Of a stretch of 64,000 nucleotides of DNA, positions 1 through 10,182 are shown one piece after another. Source of the DNA: Oligoflexia bacterium (GTDB lineage: Bacteria; Bdellovibrionota_G; JANQFH01). The stretch lies in assembly GCA_028277945.1 (NCBI GenBank), contig JANQFH010000068.1, positions 272,400 to 336,399 of the forward strand, written 5' to 3'. Made by a program: the position numbers and the translations under genes. The notes beneath the pieces were generated by a model that did not search any database, was not told the origin of the DNA, and saw only the letters and a list, made by a program, of their open reading frames with translations. How positions within the stretch are numbered: the first letter of the stretch is position 1; the number at the start of each line of letters is the position of its first letter.

Positions 1-68
1 GACTATCTAGAGTGTCTGTAGGTTGAGATAAAAGAAAATCACCCAATCTCTTTCCTGTCAAGCAACTA

Positions 69-91
69 TCCCTGAAAGTAAGGCCATACCT
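69..91. repeat. Single copy of dispersed REP-like 23-mer
   Basis: tccctgaaagtaaggccatacct matches 16438-16460 at 22/23 nt. Confidence 0.7.
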
Positions 92-157
92 TTTTATTTA
101 AGATGCCCTTGCTTTTCAGTTTTGACGGTGTAGCGTGCCAAGATCCAAAGAATCCCT

Positions 158-943
158 ATGATGTCACAACGCAAACTCCACAGAAAGCGTTGCTCGTTTA
201 GCGGTGCTCTTGGCAAACGCTTAGCGGCGATCCTTGATCTTCCCGCAGCCGAGCCCAAGGCTTACGGGCTCTTTGCCACCTGCTTCACCTGCACCAAGGA
301 CTATCGAGCGCCGGTGCGCATTGGCGAAGCACTGGCAAGGCAAGGCATCGCCCTGCTGCGGTTTGACTATACGGGGTTGGGAGGCAGCAGCGGCAGTTTT
401 TCTCATACCAACTTCAGAACCAACGTTGATGATCTCGTGCAAGCCGCTGCCTTTTTGCGCCGCCAGTTTGACTCTCCCAAGTTTTTGGTTGGTCTTAGTT
501 TGGGCGGAGCCGCAGCCATCGTTGCCGCCAAACGTCTGGCTGCGGTGCAAGCGGTGGTGACGATAAACACCCCGAGCCATACCGAACATCTGCTCGAGCA
601 TTTTAAGTCAGAGCTGCCGATGGTCGAGACAAATGGTGCAGCCAAGGTCTGTATCTACCATAGAGAATTTTTATTAACTCGGCAGCTGGTTGATGATCTC
701 AGGCGTTATGACCTGCAGCAAGAAGTAGCAGCCCTTCAACCAGCGCTACTGGTGATGCATGCGAGCAGAGACAGTACCATTACCATGGACCACGCCCACC
801 GGCTTTTTAGTGCCGCAACAGAACCCAAACAGCTAGTTTTGTTAGACCGAGGCGATCATCTTCTCTCTGCAAGAGAGGTCGGTGAACAAGCAGGCGAACA
901 GATCGCCCACTGGCTCTCGACTCTAATGAAAGGTGGGCGATGA
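158..943 (+). CDS. Alpha/beta hydrolase (resembles the N-terminal domain of hydrolase/OsmC fusions)
   Basis: CFTCxKD, LRFDYTGLG, nucleophile elbow GLSLGG, late GDHLL His; no OsmC domain. Confidence 0.85.
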   Translation: MMSQRKLHRKRCSFSGALGKRLAAILDLPAAEPKAYGLFATCFTCTKDYRAPVRIGEALARQGIALLRFDYTGLGGSSGSFSHTNFRTNVDDLVQAAAFLRRQFDSPKFLVGLSLGGAAAIVAAKRLAAVQAVVTINTPSHTEHLLEHFKSELPMVETNGAAKVCIYHREFLLTRQLVDDLRRYDLQQEVAALQPALLVMHASRDSTITMDHAHRLFSAATEPKQLVLLDRGDHLLSAREVGEQAGEQIAHWLSTLMKGGR

Positions 944-1669
944 GTTTTCGTCCTCTTCTTTCTTTTGATCTGGGCGGACAATACGTAAACGCCCGCGTCG
1001 ACGGCGATGACGCATGAACTTATGTAGATCTGGCAACTGCAGCCGTCCCGAATAGTAGAGAAACCACAGCAACCCAAACAGTAGTCCACCGAGATGGGCG
1101 ACATGGCTGATGTTATCTCGCTGCGAACCCACGGTAGCGAAAAATTCCAATAGGGCAATGACCAGAACGAGGTACTTTGCCTTCATGGGCAATACGAACA
1201 TGACCAAGATAATGCGATTTGGATAGGACATGGCAAAGGCGAGTAGCAGGGCCATGATGGCACCCGAAGCACCGATGGTGACGTTGTAGGAGGTCCATGA
1301 GGTGAGCACAACCAATAGACCCGCCGCAATTCCAGAAAGAAAGTAGTAACGCAAAAAGAGCTTGCCACCCCACGCTCGCTCAATGTCAGCCCCAAACCAC
1401 CAGAGCATCAACATGTTAAAGATGAGGTGGAAGGAGAGCCAAGAGGTTGAGTCGTGGAGAAACAGATAGGTGATGAGTTGCCAGAAGGTACGCTGCTGGG
1501 TCACCAGTGCCGGTCGCAGGCCTAAAATGTTATAGACTTCATTAGGATGAATAGCAGCAATCTTAATCAACAGAAAAATGGTGACGTTGATAATAATGAG
1601 CAGCCGTACAGTGGGAGTTAGCGGACCACCTAGGGAAAAGCGCACGTTCGCATGAAGCGGCTGAGTCAT
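923..1669 (-). CDS. Rhomboid intramembrane serine protease
   Basis: WQLITYLFLH, HLIFNM, catalytic GASG and AHLGG; multiple TM helices. Confidence 0.93.
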   Translation of the reverse strand: MTQPLHANVRFSLGGPLTPTVRLLIIINVTIFLLIKIAAIHPNEVYNILGLRPALVTQQRTFWQLITYLFLHDSTSWLSFHLIFNMLMLWWFGADIERAWGGKLFLRYYFLSGIAAGLLVVLTSWTSYNVTIGASGAIMALLLAFAMSYPNRIILVMFVLPMKAKYLVLVIALLEFFATVGSQRDNISHVAHLGGLLFGLLWFLYYSGRLQLPDLHKFMRHRRRRGRLRIVRPDQKKEEDENSSPTFH

Positions 1670-1678
1670 AGGCAGACT

Positions 1679-2536
1679 TTACTTTTGTGCCTGGTTGCTG
1701 TCAATCGCGCTTGGCTGGTTTTCTTTTGCATATAAGGGGGTTATGTTTTGTCCCTGCAGTAGAGACCAGGCGCCGACCTCTCTAAGGTGCTGCTGTTTTG
1801 CCCAACCTTTATGTTCCTGCCTCGGCCCGGTGGCAATCTTCCACCAAGCTGGTTTTTTCTCCAAGATGGTAAAGCTTGCCCCTTGGCCCAGCTTGAGGAT
1901 GGGGATGAAGTCCACTCCCCTTCCAGAGCGTAACTCCACGGTTGGTGCAACTACGATGCCCTCTGGCTGCTTCAGCCGCCAGCTTGCAATCAACAGGGAA
2001 ATGCACAGTGGTAGGTAAACGGCGAGGCCGGTCGCAAAGATATTGAGCCAAGCTCTTCTGCCAATCCACGGTCTTAAAGCGATGATGAGAAAGAAAGCTA
2101 GATGCACTAGAAGGGTTACGAACAACAGAGTGCGTAAGGAGGTATGGTGAATCCAAAAGAAGATGTTCTCAAACCAAGGTCGCGATTCTTCAGTGGTAAG
2201 CTTTAGCTTGTCAGCAAGTGTCTCTATGTTGGCTTTGAGGTCTTGGTCATTTGGAATAAAGAGCTCTGCCCGTCTGTACTGCAACATGGCCATGCCATAC
2301 TCACCAAGACGAAAGTGGCAGTTACCAAGGTTATAGAGGAGATGGCCATTGCTCGAACCTTGCTTGGCCATCTCTGTTAAGGCCTGTTGGTAGTGCCTCT
2401 TGGCCATGGCAAACTCTCCTTTGGCATAGGCCGTCTCGGCCTCGCCAATCTGTAGTGCCACGGGAGTGGCCCACCCTAGTTGAGCGAATATGAGCGCAAG
2501 GTTGCAGCATATCAGTAGAGTAAGCCTTGGTTTCAT
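1679..2536 (-). CDS. batE: BatE-like TPR + TM + SH3b protein
   Basis: Signal peptide, TPR (LYNLGNCHFRLG), two TM helices, C-terminal WWKI...GW SH3-like part; operon position. Confidence 0.8.
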   Translation of the reverse strand: MKPRLTLLICCNLALIFAQLGWATPVALQIGEAETAYAKGEFAMAKRHYQQALTEMAKQGSSNGHLLYNLGNCHFRLGEYGMAMLQYRRAELFIPNDQDLKANIETLADKLKLTTEESRPWFENIFFWIHHTSLRTLLFVTLLVHLAFFLIIALRPWIGRRAWLNIFATGLAVYLPLCISLLIASWRLKQPEGIVVAPTVELRSGRGVDFIPILKLGQGASFTILEKKPAWWKIATGPRQEHKGWAKQQHLREVGAWSLLQGQNITPLYAKENQPSAIDSNQAQK

Positions 2537-4371
2537 TTGGTTGCCTTATGGACAATATGAATAGATTTCTTTGTCCTTGCTATGAGTCCGTCAAGATGAT
2601 CCCCTGCACTTTTGTCGCTATGGAGTCCAAGGCGCGATACTTCAAGGTCGTGAAGCAGATCAGAAACCTGTTGCAGTTTTTCCTGTGTCAGAGAGTACTC
2701 TTGCAGAGCTCTCTGCAACTCCTCTTCGGTAACCAGGCCCGTAGGTAGCAACAGCCGCTCTTTCAGGTATTCACTGAAGGTGGTGTAGAGTTCTTCGTAG
2801 GTCGAGCGATCTTGTGCGGGTCGTTTTCTTGTTGTTCGCTGCAACACTTGCAGTCGCTGCCTCGCTCTTTTGGCAGCACTTTTTCTTAAACGGTCACGCA
2901 GGGTCGTGGGATCTTTACGACTCGCTGCACCTATAGCTAGAGAGCCGATGGCGATAAACAACGGCAGCAGCAAGAGGATGAGTACAAACGGTGAGGTTAG
3001 CCGCACACTTTGGCGGTCGCGTGTCTCGATTCCCGTGTGATTAGGCAGGATGTCTACAGCGAGCCGTTGCAGCTTACGGCTGGACAGCGGTGTCTGTACG
3101 GTGTCGCTAGCTGCGAACCCCCCGGAAGTTACGGTGTCTTCATCGGCAGCAGGAGTAACTCGGAAGTTTAACGAGTTGGTTGTCGCTCTTTTGTAGGTGG
3201 CGCTCTGTGGATCAAAGTAACTAAAGCTCAATGGCCCAATGGTGAGCTCGCCCTCTTCTAGAGGTACGATGGCACTCTTAAGACTACGGTATTGCAAGAG
3301 GCGATTGTTGCCAGCCTGTTTTGTCGCTTGAGTTGAGACCACAGGTTTGTCATCGTAGCGTTTAAAGCGGGTGGTTTCGCTCCACTCCGAAACAATGTCA
3401 CGTTTTAGGTTGATAGTTCCGCTTAACTCTGTGGTGACCGTTAGGGAGCTACCCTTAGCGATTTCGCGTATACCCTCAGGAGCGGAAAGCTGAGCACGCA
3501 AGCTGCCCACAAGCCCAGAGAAGTCTGATGGCTTGCCTGCCGTGGGTAAGGGTAGTACTTGGATGGTGTGTGGCTGGCTCGCTACGCTCACGGGTTCGCG
3601 AATGCCGACGTTAAAGAAAGGATCGCGGAAAAAACGGTTGAAAAAATCATCGCGACTGCCTTGTGCCCGGACAATATGAAAGTCGAAGTATGCTGGGCTG
3701 ATGGTCAACTTACCTGGCTTGGTGGGATAAAAGGCCTTTTGCAAGCTGATAACTCGATAGAGCTGGCCTTTTACATTCTCGGCACTGTTGGTTGCTTCAC
3801 CCATACTCTCGGCCCAAAAACCCTCGACCTCGGGTCCCGACAACTTTACGTCGTGGATCTGCGGTTGGTAGTAGAGGCGTAACGTATAGATAATCTGTTC
3901 GCCTACATAGGCGCGTGTTTTATCAACAGAGGAGCCGGTAAAATAGGCCGTCGTACTTGCGGCGTTATTTTGGGCGGTGGTGCGTTCCTGCACTGCAAAG
4001 GTTAGCGGTTGGCTGTGATAGGTCTTGCCCTGGTACTGCACACGAATGGGGTCTATGGTGAAGGTTCCCGGTCGCGACGGTATGAGCGTGTAGGCATACT
4101 GTTTGGCGATAGATTGGCGTCCGTTGACGATGGAAACGCTGGTGGAGGTAGAGGTCGATGTAAGACGGAAGTCCGCAAGCTCCGGAAGTTTAGGGTCGCT
4201 CGTTTCCTGGACGCCTTGCACCTCAACCACGAGCCGCATGACTTGGCCGACAACGGGGTTGGTCGGTTCGATACGCGGGTTGATCGTCACCGTCTGTGCC
4301 AGCAGCGCCGTCGGTGCCCACAAGCCTATGAGCAGATAGCACCCCATCTGCGGTTGCCATAACCCTCGCAT
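2533..4371 (-). CDS. batD: BatD family protein
   Basis: STSVSIVNG, PGTFTI, AYVGEQ, PSDFSGLVG motifs; start moved to ATG 4371, which overlaps the upstream stop (TAATG). Confidence 0.85.
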   Translation of the reverse strand: MRGLWQPQMGCYLLIGLWAPTALLAQTVTINPRIEPTNPVVGQVMRLVVEVQGVQETSDPKLPELADFRLTSTSTSTSVSIVNGRQSIAKQYAYTLIPSRPGTFTIDPIRVQYQGKTYHSQPLTFAVQERTTAQNNAASTTAYFTGSSVDKTRAYVGEQIIYTLRLYYQPQIHDVKLSGPEVEGFWAESMGEATNSAENVKGQLYRVISLQKAFYPTKPGKLTISPAYFDFHIVRAQGSRDDFFNRFFRDPFFNVGIREPVSVASQPHTIQVLPLPTAGKPSDFSGLVGSLRAQLSAPEGIREIAKGSSLTVTTELSGTINLKRDIVSEWSETTRFKRYDDKPVVSTQATKQAGNNRLLQYRSLKSAIVPLEEGELTIGPLSFSYFDPQSATYKRATTNSLNFRVTPAADEDTVTSGGFAASDTVQTPLSSRKLQRLAVDILPNHTGIETRDRQSVRLTSPFVLILLLLPLFIAIGSLAIGAASRKDPTTLRDRLRKSAAKRARQRLQVLQRTTRKRPAQDRSTYEELYTTFSEYLKERLLLPTGLVTEEELQRALQEYSLTQEKLQQVSDLLHDLEVSRLGLHSDKSAGDHLDGLIARTKKSIHIVHKATK

Positions 4372-6095
4372 TACCAATCCTCTGTTGGTGTACGCTTCTT
4401 CCACATCTTGAGCTGTAATGCCTTTTTGAGTGCTTCGCGACCATCTTCTTCAACGGTAGCAAGCCACTGTTTGGCCTCTTCTGCAGCAAACTCCTTTTCT
4501 GTGTCCGGTTGCTTTTCTGCTGCGTCACGGCTTGACTCATCTGGGCGATCCCTTGTCTGTTGATCAAGACCTTGCTGTTGCTGCCGTTGCTCTGGGCTAT
4601 CCTCAGGTTTCGGTTGCTGCTGGGATGATGGCTCGGATTCCTCGTTTTGTTCTTGCTGGTTGTTTTGCGGTTGCTTTTGTTGCTGCTCAAGGAGCTTTTT
4701 TGCTAGCTCGAGGTTGTGCTTTGCCTCTCTGTCATCGGCGGCAAGTTTCAGTGCCTGTTCGTAACTATCGATAGCCTCTTGATAGCGCTGTTGGCGAAAA
4801 AGTGCATTGCCACGATTATAGAATGCCTCTTGCTTGAGAAAGGGGTCTTGGGTATTGCTCGCTCGGCTGAATGCTTCTGCCGCCTCAGAAAATTTTCCCA
4901 AACGGTAGTAGGCGTTGCCGCTGTTGAAGTGAATGGCGGCGTTGTCTGGATCATCTACCTGACCCCGGGCAAAATTTTGCAGCGCCTCGGCATACTGCTG
5001 GTTGTTGTATGCTTCGGTGCCCTGGCTCAGGGGTCCAGCAATCAGCGATTGCGGCGCAAGTAGAGGCGTTAACAGTAAGAGGGCCGCGAGCTGTTTCTTT
5101 GCCGGCGTTCTGGCAACCATGCCCTGCTGGAGTAGAAACAGCAGAATGGCACCAAGCAAGAAGATTTGATAGCGCTCATAGTACTGTTTACGCCGTTCCT
5201 GCCGCAAGTCGCTGTCACCAAAACGTCTACCAATGCCTTGTTCATACACTTGCTGTAGATCAAGGTCTCCAGCCACCGACCGGACATAGCCGCCGTCTGT
5301 CTGTGTGGCGATCTCTCTTAAGACGGTCTCGTTGAGCCTGGTGAGAATCACGTTACCCTGCTGGTCTTTACGAAAACCACTGCCATTTGCCGTAGGTATA
5401 GGAGCACCAGTAGGTGAGCCAATACCAACGACAAAAATCTTAACCTCTGCATCATTGGCTTTTTTTAGCGCACTCTGTAACTTTTGCTGATGGTCTTCAC
5501 CATCTGTGATCAGCAGGATACTCTTTTGGCGTGGACTCTGCGGTTCAAATCCCGCCACTGCTGTCTCAATGGCGCTGCCGAGATTTGTGCCCTGGACTGG
5601 AATGAGATCGGTATTCAGGTAGTCGAGAAATATGCTGAAGGACTCTAAATCGTGCGTCAGCGGACAGAGTATATGACTCTCACCAGCAAAGGCCACTAGG
5701 CCGATGCGCTCACCCTGCAATACTTTTAACAGATCGACAATTTCGCGTCGGGCCCGTTCTAATCGAGTTGGCTGGAAGTCGGTGGCCCGCATACTATCGG
5801 AAACATCTACCAATACAAAGAGATCGCTGCCCCTATCACGTACTTGCATCCACTGAAATCCCCACTGCGGTCGGAGAAAGGCGAAGAAGAGCAGGACCAT
5901 GGCAGAAAAACCAACGACTGCCTGCCACCTGCGCAGTTGCGGCCGAAACCGCGGCAGAATCTGCCGCAGGATTTCTGTCGTGGCAAGTTTCTGCAGAGCC
6001 TTCTGTTGTTGTAAGAGACTGTAAATCAGGATCATCCCCAGCACTAACAGTAGCCATGAGTAGATGAGGAATGTGCCATTAGCCAAACGCATCAA
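4371..6095 (-). CDS. BatB/BatC-type VWA + TPR fusion
   Basis: MIDAS DVSDSM, LITDGED, TPRs (FYNRGNALFR), Q/E-rich linker, C-terminal EDW. Confidence 0.88.
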   Translation of the reverse strand: MMRLANGTFLIYSWLLLVLGMILIYSLLQQQKALQKLATTEILRQILPRFRPQLRRWQAVVGFSAMVLLFFAFLRPQWGFQWMQVRDRGSDLFVLVDVSDSMRATDFQPTRLERARREIVDLLKVLQGERIGLVAFAGESHILCPLTHDLESFSIFLDYLNTDLIPVQGTNLGSAIETAVAGFEPQSPRQKSILLITDGEDHQQKLQSALKKANDAEVKIFVVGIGSPTGAPIPTANGSGFRKDQQGNVILTRLNETVLREIATQTDGGYVRSVAGDLDLQQVYEQGIGRRFGDSDLRQERRKQYYERYQIFLLGAILLFLLQQGMVARTPAKKQLAALLLLTPLLAPQSLIAGPLSQGTEAYNNQQYAEALQNFARGQVDDPDNAAIHFNSGNAYYRLGKFSEAAEAFSRASNTQDPFLKQEAFYNRGNALFRQQRYQEAIDSYEQALKLAADDREAKHNLELAKKLLEQQQKQPQNNQQEQNEESEPSSQQQPKPEDSPEQRQQQQGLDQQTRDRPDESSRDAAEKQPDTEKEFAAEEAKQWLATVEEDGREALKKALQLKMWKKRTPTEDW

Positions 6096-7093
6096 GGAAT
6101 CCTCCGCAGCGCCGTACTCTCTGTTACCATAACACAGGCCATGAGCAGCAGTGCTGGCATAAGCAGGGTGGCAAAGAGGTCCGTATACTGATGATGTTCT
6201 TTGAACTTGATCTCTGTTCTTTCAAGCGCATCGATCTGGGTGTAGATTTTCCGTAGGGACTCTGTGTCCGTGGCATGAAAATAAAGACCGCCGGTGGTGA
6301 AGGCGATCTCTTTGAGCAGTTCTTCATCAAGTTCTAAACGCCGATTCACCATACGCGTGCCAAAAAATCCCTCCACTGGAAAAGGCACGGGTTCATCCGA
6401 GCCGACGCCAATCGTATAGATCTTGATGCCCAAAGCCTTGGCCATCTCAGCTGCCCTCTGTGGTTCAATGTCACCAGCGGTGTTTTTGCCGTCGGTCAAC
6501 AAGATCATGACTTTGGACTGTGACGTAGAGGATTCCAGCCTCTTGCTAGCCACTGCAATGGCGGAACCCAGCGCGGTACCCCGACCTGCCATGCCAATGA
6601 AGATCCAATCCATAAACCGCTGCAGGATTCGGTGGTCTAGAGTTGGCGGACATTGCGTGAAGGCGCTTTCGCCAAAGACAACAATGCCTATCCGGTCTGC
6701 CTCTCTTCCCTTAATGAAGTCGGCAGCGACCTGTTTGACGATAGTAAGCCTATCTTGACGTTTGTCACCAGAGACAAAGTCCATTGCCTGCATACTTCCT
6801 GATGTATCCAGGGTTAAGACAATATCAACACCCTCTGTGAGTCGTTCGATTTCGGTAGTTCCAGATTGCGGCCGTGCAAGGGCGATGATCATCAAGCTTA
6901 AAGCAGCAAAACGCAGGCTTGTTAGCACAGCAGCGGTAATCCGTGGACGTTGCGAGGCGTGTGGTTTGAGCCACTGCAACGTCGGTAGGTAGAGTGCCGC
7001 CGGCCGATGCCTTCTTCGATAAAACAACATGAGTGGTAACAGCAAGAACAGTGCAAAAGCCCAGGGAGATGCAAAGTGTAAATTAGAAACCAT
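6092..7093 (-). CDS. batA: BatA VWA-domain protein
   Basis: N-terminal FASPWA, LARPQ, DTSGSM MIDAS, LLTDG, IKIYTIGVG. Confidence 0.9.
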   Translation of the reverse strand: MVSNLHFASPWAFALFLLLPLMLFYRRRHRPAALYLPTLQWLKPHASQRPRITAAVLTSLRFAALSLMIIALARPQSGTTEIERLTEGVDIVLTLDTSGSMQAMDFVSGDKRQDRLTIVKQVAADFIKGREADRIGIVVFGESAFTQCPPTLDHRILQRFMDWIFIGMAGRGTALGSAIAVASKRLESSTSQSKVMILLTDGKNTAGDIEPQRAAEMAKALGIKIYTIGVGSDEPVPFPVEGFFGTRMVNRRLELDEELLKEIAFTTGGLYFHATDTESLRKIYTQIDALERTEIKFKEHHQYTDLFATLLMPALLLMACVMVTESTALRRIP

Positions 7094-7097
7094 GGCC

Positions 7098-7613
7098 TTA
7101 CTGCCTCTCCCCTATTGGCCGATGTCCTTCGGCAATCTCGTGCATGCTCTTTTCTACCCATTCCATATCATGGCTACTCGGTTGATTAGAGGCATACTTC
7201 ACAGGATCGATAACAGCGAAAAGACGACGGATTGTTGTCATCTCAGCATCGGAAAAATAGTAAGCGCGTTGCAATTGCTGCAGGACCTCTTCACTGGTGC
7301 GATCGGTGGCGGGGAAGCGGTAGCGGCGTTCGATATATTCACGGAAGAGAAAGCTGAGTTGATAACAGTGCTCTACTCGGCTCAAGTTTTTTGTCGTGAG
7401 CCCTTCCATGGCGGCGATGAACCAATGGTAAGGATCGATCTCTTTGGTCAAGATTGTGCTGGTCTGTTTATGATGCCGCCAGCGCCACCATAGAAATATG
7501 ATAAGGGTTATAACGATGACCAGGGTTATCACCAGCCAGAGCCATAGCAGACTACTATCCTCTAGTGGGATAATGGGTCGAATGTCATAGATATCCTGTG
7601 GCTCTTGGTTCAT
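7098..7613 (-). CDS. DUF4381-like membrane-anchored protein
   Basis: DIYDI, single TM helix, REYIERR...RTSEE, VKYA; usual position between DUF58 and BatA. Confidence 0.7.
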   Translation of the reverse strand: MNQEPQDIYDIRPIIPLEDSSLLWLWLVITLVIVITLIIFLWWRWRHHKQTSTILTKEIDPYHWFIAAMEGLTTKNLSRVEHCYQLSFLFREYIERRYRFPATDRTSEEVLQQLQRAYYFSDAEMTTIRRLFAVIDPVKYASNQPSSHDMEWVEKSMHEIAEGHRPIGERQ

Positions 7614-8488
7614 CGTTTTTTTTCCCGCTGGTGAAAGAAAGCCGCCAATACCTTCATATAGTCTTGGGTGCTATCGACAAATAGGCAGTGACCTCCAGCA
7701 CGATGGAGCGTCTGCTTTAAGTTTTCATTTTTACGTCGCAGTTGCAGCTGTAGTTGCTTCTGCAAACCTCTATTGCGCGTGTCTATGAGTAGGGATTCCC
7801 CGCTTTCCGGATCTTCCAGTTGGACAAGCCCCACTGCCGGCAATCCTCCCTCCATAGGATCTCGAATCGTAATACCGATGAGATCGTGCTTTTTTGCAGC
7901 AATGGTAAGCGGTTGCTGAAAAGGTTTGGGGTCTATGAAGTCCGAGAGCACAAAGACCACGCCGCGTCTAAGCAGCAGCTGATTGAGAAAGCGTAGTGCC
8001 CTGGCAATGTCGGTTTTTTCACCGCGAGATTCAAACTGTAGGATTTCGCGAATGACTCGCCAGACGTGACCACGCCCCTTTTTTGGTAGGATGAAGCGCT
8101 CAACGTGATCGGTGAAGAGAATCAAGCCAACGTTGTCGTTGTTCTTGATCGCGGAAAAGGCGAGAATAGCGGCAAGTTCGGCAATGAGATTACGCTTGAG
8201 CGGACCCTTGGAACCAAAAATACCCGAAGAACTCATATCCGCGAGTAACATAACGGTAAGTTCGCGTTCTTCTCGGTAAATCTTAATGTAGGGCTCACCC
8301 AGTCTAGCGGTGACGTTCCAATCGATGTCGCGTACATCGTCGCCAGGAACATACTGGCGCACCTCTTGAAATTCCATACCCTTGCCACGAAAAGCCGATT
8401 GGTAGCTTCCCGCGACAGAGGCATTTACAAGGTGGTTGGTTTTGATGTGAATCTGTCGGACCTTACGTAGCAGCTCCGGGGACAGCAC
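7610..8488 (-). CDS. DUF58 domain protein
   Basis: FRGKGMEFQEVRQYVPGDDVRDIDWNVTAR. Confidence 0.95.
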   Translation of the reverse strand: MLSPELLRKVRQIHIKTNHLVNASVAGSYQSAFRGKGMEFQEVRQYVPGDDVRDIDWNVTARLGEPYIKIYREERELTVMLLADMSSSGIFGSKGPLKRNLIAELAAILAFSAIKNNDNVGLILFTDHVERFILPKKGRGHVWRVIREILQFESRGEKTDIARALRFLNQLLLRRGVVFVLSDFIDPKPFQQPLTIAAKKHDLIGITIRDPMEGGLPAVGLVQLEDPESGESLLIDTRNRGLQKQLQLQLRRKNENLKQTLHRAGGHCLFVDSTQDYMKVLAAFFHQREKKR

Positions 8489-8513
8489 AGTTACTCCTCC
8501 AGACGCGCACGCC

Positions 8514-9512
8514 TCAAGGCACGTCGATACAATCGAGAATTTTTTGGATGATCTGGTCTGTGGTTAACTGCTCAGCCTCAGCCTCGTAAGTCAGGATGAT
8601 ACGGTGACGTACCACATCTGGAAAGATGTTTTTAACATCCTGAGGTGTGACAAAGCCACGACCGCGTAGCAACGCAAGCGCTCGGGCAGCACGGTTCAGG
8701 TTGATGCAAGCTCGTGGAGAGGCACCAAATTGGATATAGGCAGCTATATCAAGCTGAAACTTTTCTGGTTGCCGTGTTGCACTGACAAGGTCGAGAATGT
8801 AGTTTTTTACCTTTTCATCAATGTAGACACTGTCGAGGAGTTGCTGGCCGCGCATAATGTCGTTCTTATCGATGACCGTGTTTACTGTGGGTGTCTCCTT
8901 CATGCTCATGCGTTCCATAATGAGCCTCTCTTCATCTCGGCTTGGATAGTTGACGACCAACTTCATCATAAAGCGGTCTACCTGTGCCTCTGGAAGCGGA
9001 TACGTGCCCTCTTGTTCGATGGGGTTTTGCGTTGCCATGACAAAAAAAGGTGTTGGCAGAGAAAACGTTTCACTACCAATGGTAATCTGACGCTCCTGCA
9101 TGGCCTCCAGCAGAGCCGACTGTACCTTGGATGGGGCGCGGTTGATTTCATCGGCAAGAATGATGTTTGCAAACAGCGGTCCCTGTTTAACGCTAAAGTC
9201 TCCGGATTTAGGGTTAAAAATCTGTGTGCCCACAAGGTCCGATGGCAACAGATCGGGTGTAAATTGGATGCGTTGAAAATCGGTATCAATTGCTGTGGCT
9301 ATGGTCCGGACGACTGTCGTCTTGGCAAGTCCTGGTACGCCTTCAACGAGGATGTGTCCATCAGCAAAGATTCCCACAAGTAAACGTTCGATCAAATAGT
9401 TTTGCCCGACAACAACTCGTGAAATCTCTGCTGTCAACCGCTTAACAAACTCTATTTCGGCAGCGATCTCTTCGGGCTTTTTAATGTTGGTCGCACCCTG
9501 CTGTGTCTGCAC
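8514..9512 (-). CDS. moxR: MoxR family AAA+ ATPase
   Basis: GVPGLAKT, RIQFTPDLLPSD, DEINRA, GTYPLPEAQVDRF; GTG start at 9512 after GGAGG. Confidence 0.95.
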   Translation of the reverse strand: MQTQQGATNIKKPEEIAAEIEFVKRLTAEISRVVVGQNYLIERLLVGIFADGHILVEGVPGLAKTTVVRTIATAIDTDFQRIQFTPDLLPSDLVGTQIFNPKSGDFSVKQGPLFANIILADEINRAPSKVQSALLEAMQERQITIGSETFSLPTPFFVMATQNPIEQEGTYPLPEAQVDRFMMKLVVNYPSRDEERLIMERMSMKETPTVNTVIDKNDIMRGQQLLDSVYIDEKVKNYILDLVSATRQPEKFQLDIAAYIQFGASPRACINLNRAARALALLRGRGFVTPQDVKNIFPDVVRHRIILTYEAEAEQLTTDQIIQKILDCIDVP

Positions 9513-10182
9513 GGTTCTCTTCCTCCTTACGATACCTTCCCACCTGTACTCTGGCCGCACGGATGAGTCGGCCACTGATTTCGTAGCCTCGGCTTAGCTC
9601 TTTGACAACGATGTTGTCGATACTAGGATCGGCCCTCTCTTCTACTGCGACGGCCTCACACTTTTGTGGATCAAAGGGTTTGTCAATAACGTCAAGCACC
9701 TCGACACCAGCATCGGCTAACGTCTTTAAGAACTGCTGATGTACCATAGCAATACCCTCGACAATCTCGGGTGCATCGGTACGGGTGTTTTGCTCTTGAA
9801 GGGACTTTAAACTACGTTCCAGATTATCAACGACTTCAAGCAAGGGTGCAAACAGCTCAACTTTTAGATTGAGTAGGTCAGAGTCGAGTTGGCGCTCGAG
9901 CCTTTGTCGCATCTGTTTCTGTTCCTCCCGCAACGCCCGGATAGCACTGCCTAGTTGGCTGATCTCGTTTTCCTTCTGCTGGAGTTTCTTTTCAAGCTTT
10001 TCGACATGGCTTGGCAGCCTGGTCGTGGTGGTATCTCTGTCTTCATCGTCTAGCCGTGCCCAAAAACGTCGATCGTGCACGGCAAAGCTCTGATCTTCAC
10101 CACGCTCTCTCTCTTTTGGTGCCTCTTTCACTGGCTGCTTGGAGGCAGGTCGCTTCTTTTTTATCTTGGTTTTACGCTTCAT
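9481..10182 (-). CDS. grpE: Nucleotide exchange factor GrpE
   Basis: Coiled coil, LLEVVDNLERSL, FDPQKCEAV, GYEISGRLIRAARVQV. Confidence 0.88.
   Translation of the reverse strand: MKRKTKIKKKRPASKQPVKEAPKERERGEDQSFAVHDRRFWARLDDEDRDTTTTRLPSHVEKLEKKLQQKENEISQLGSAIRALREEQKQMRQRLERQLDSDLLNLKVELFAPLLEVVDNLERSLKSLQEQNTRTDAPEIVEGIAMVHQQFLKTLADAGVEVLDVIDKPFDPQKCEAVAVEERADPSIDNIVVKELSRGYEISGRLIRAARVQVGRYRKEEENRADTAGCDQH

Noticed and set aside
4480..4700. Q/E-rich low-complexity tract
   Set aside because: Normal linker of BatC-type TPR proteins.
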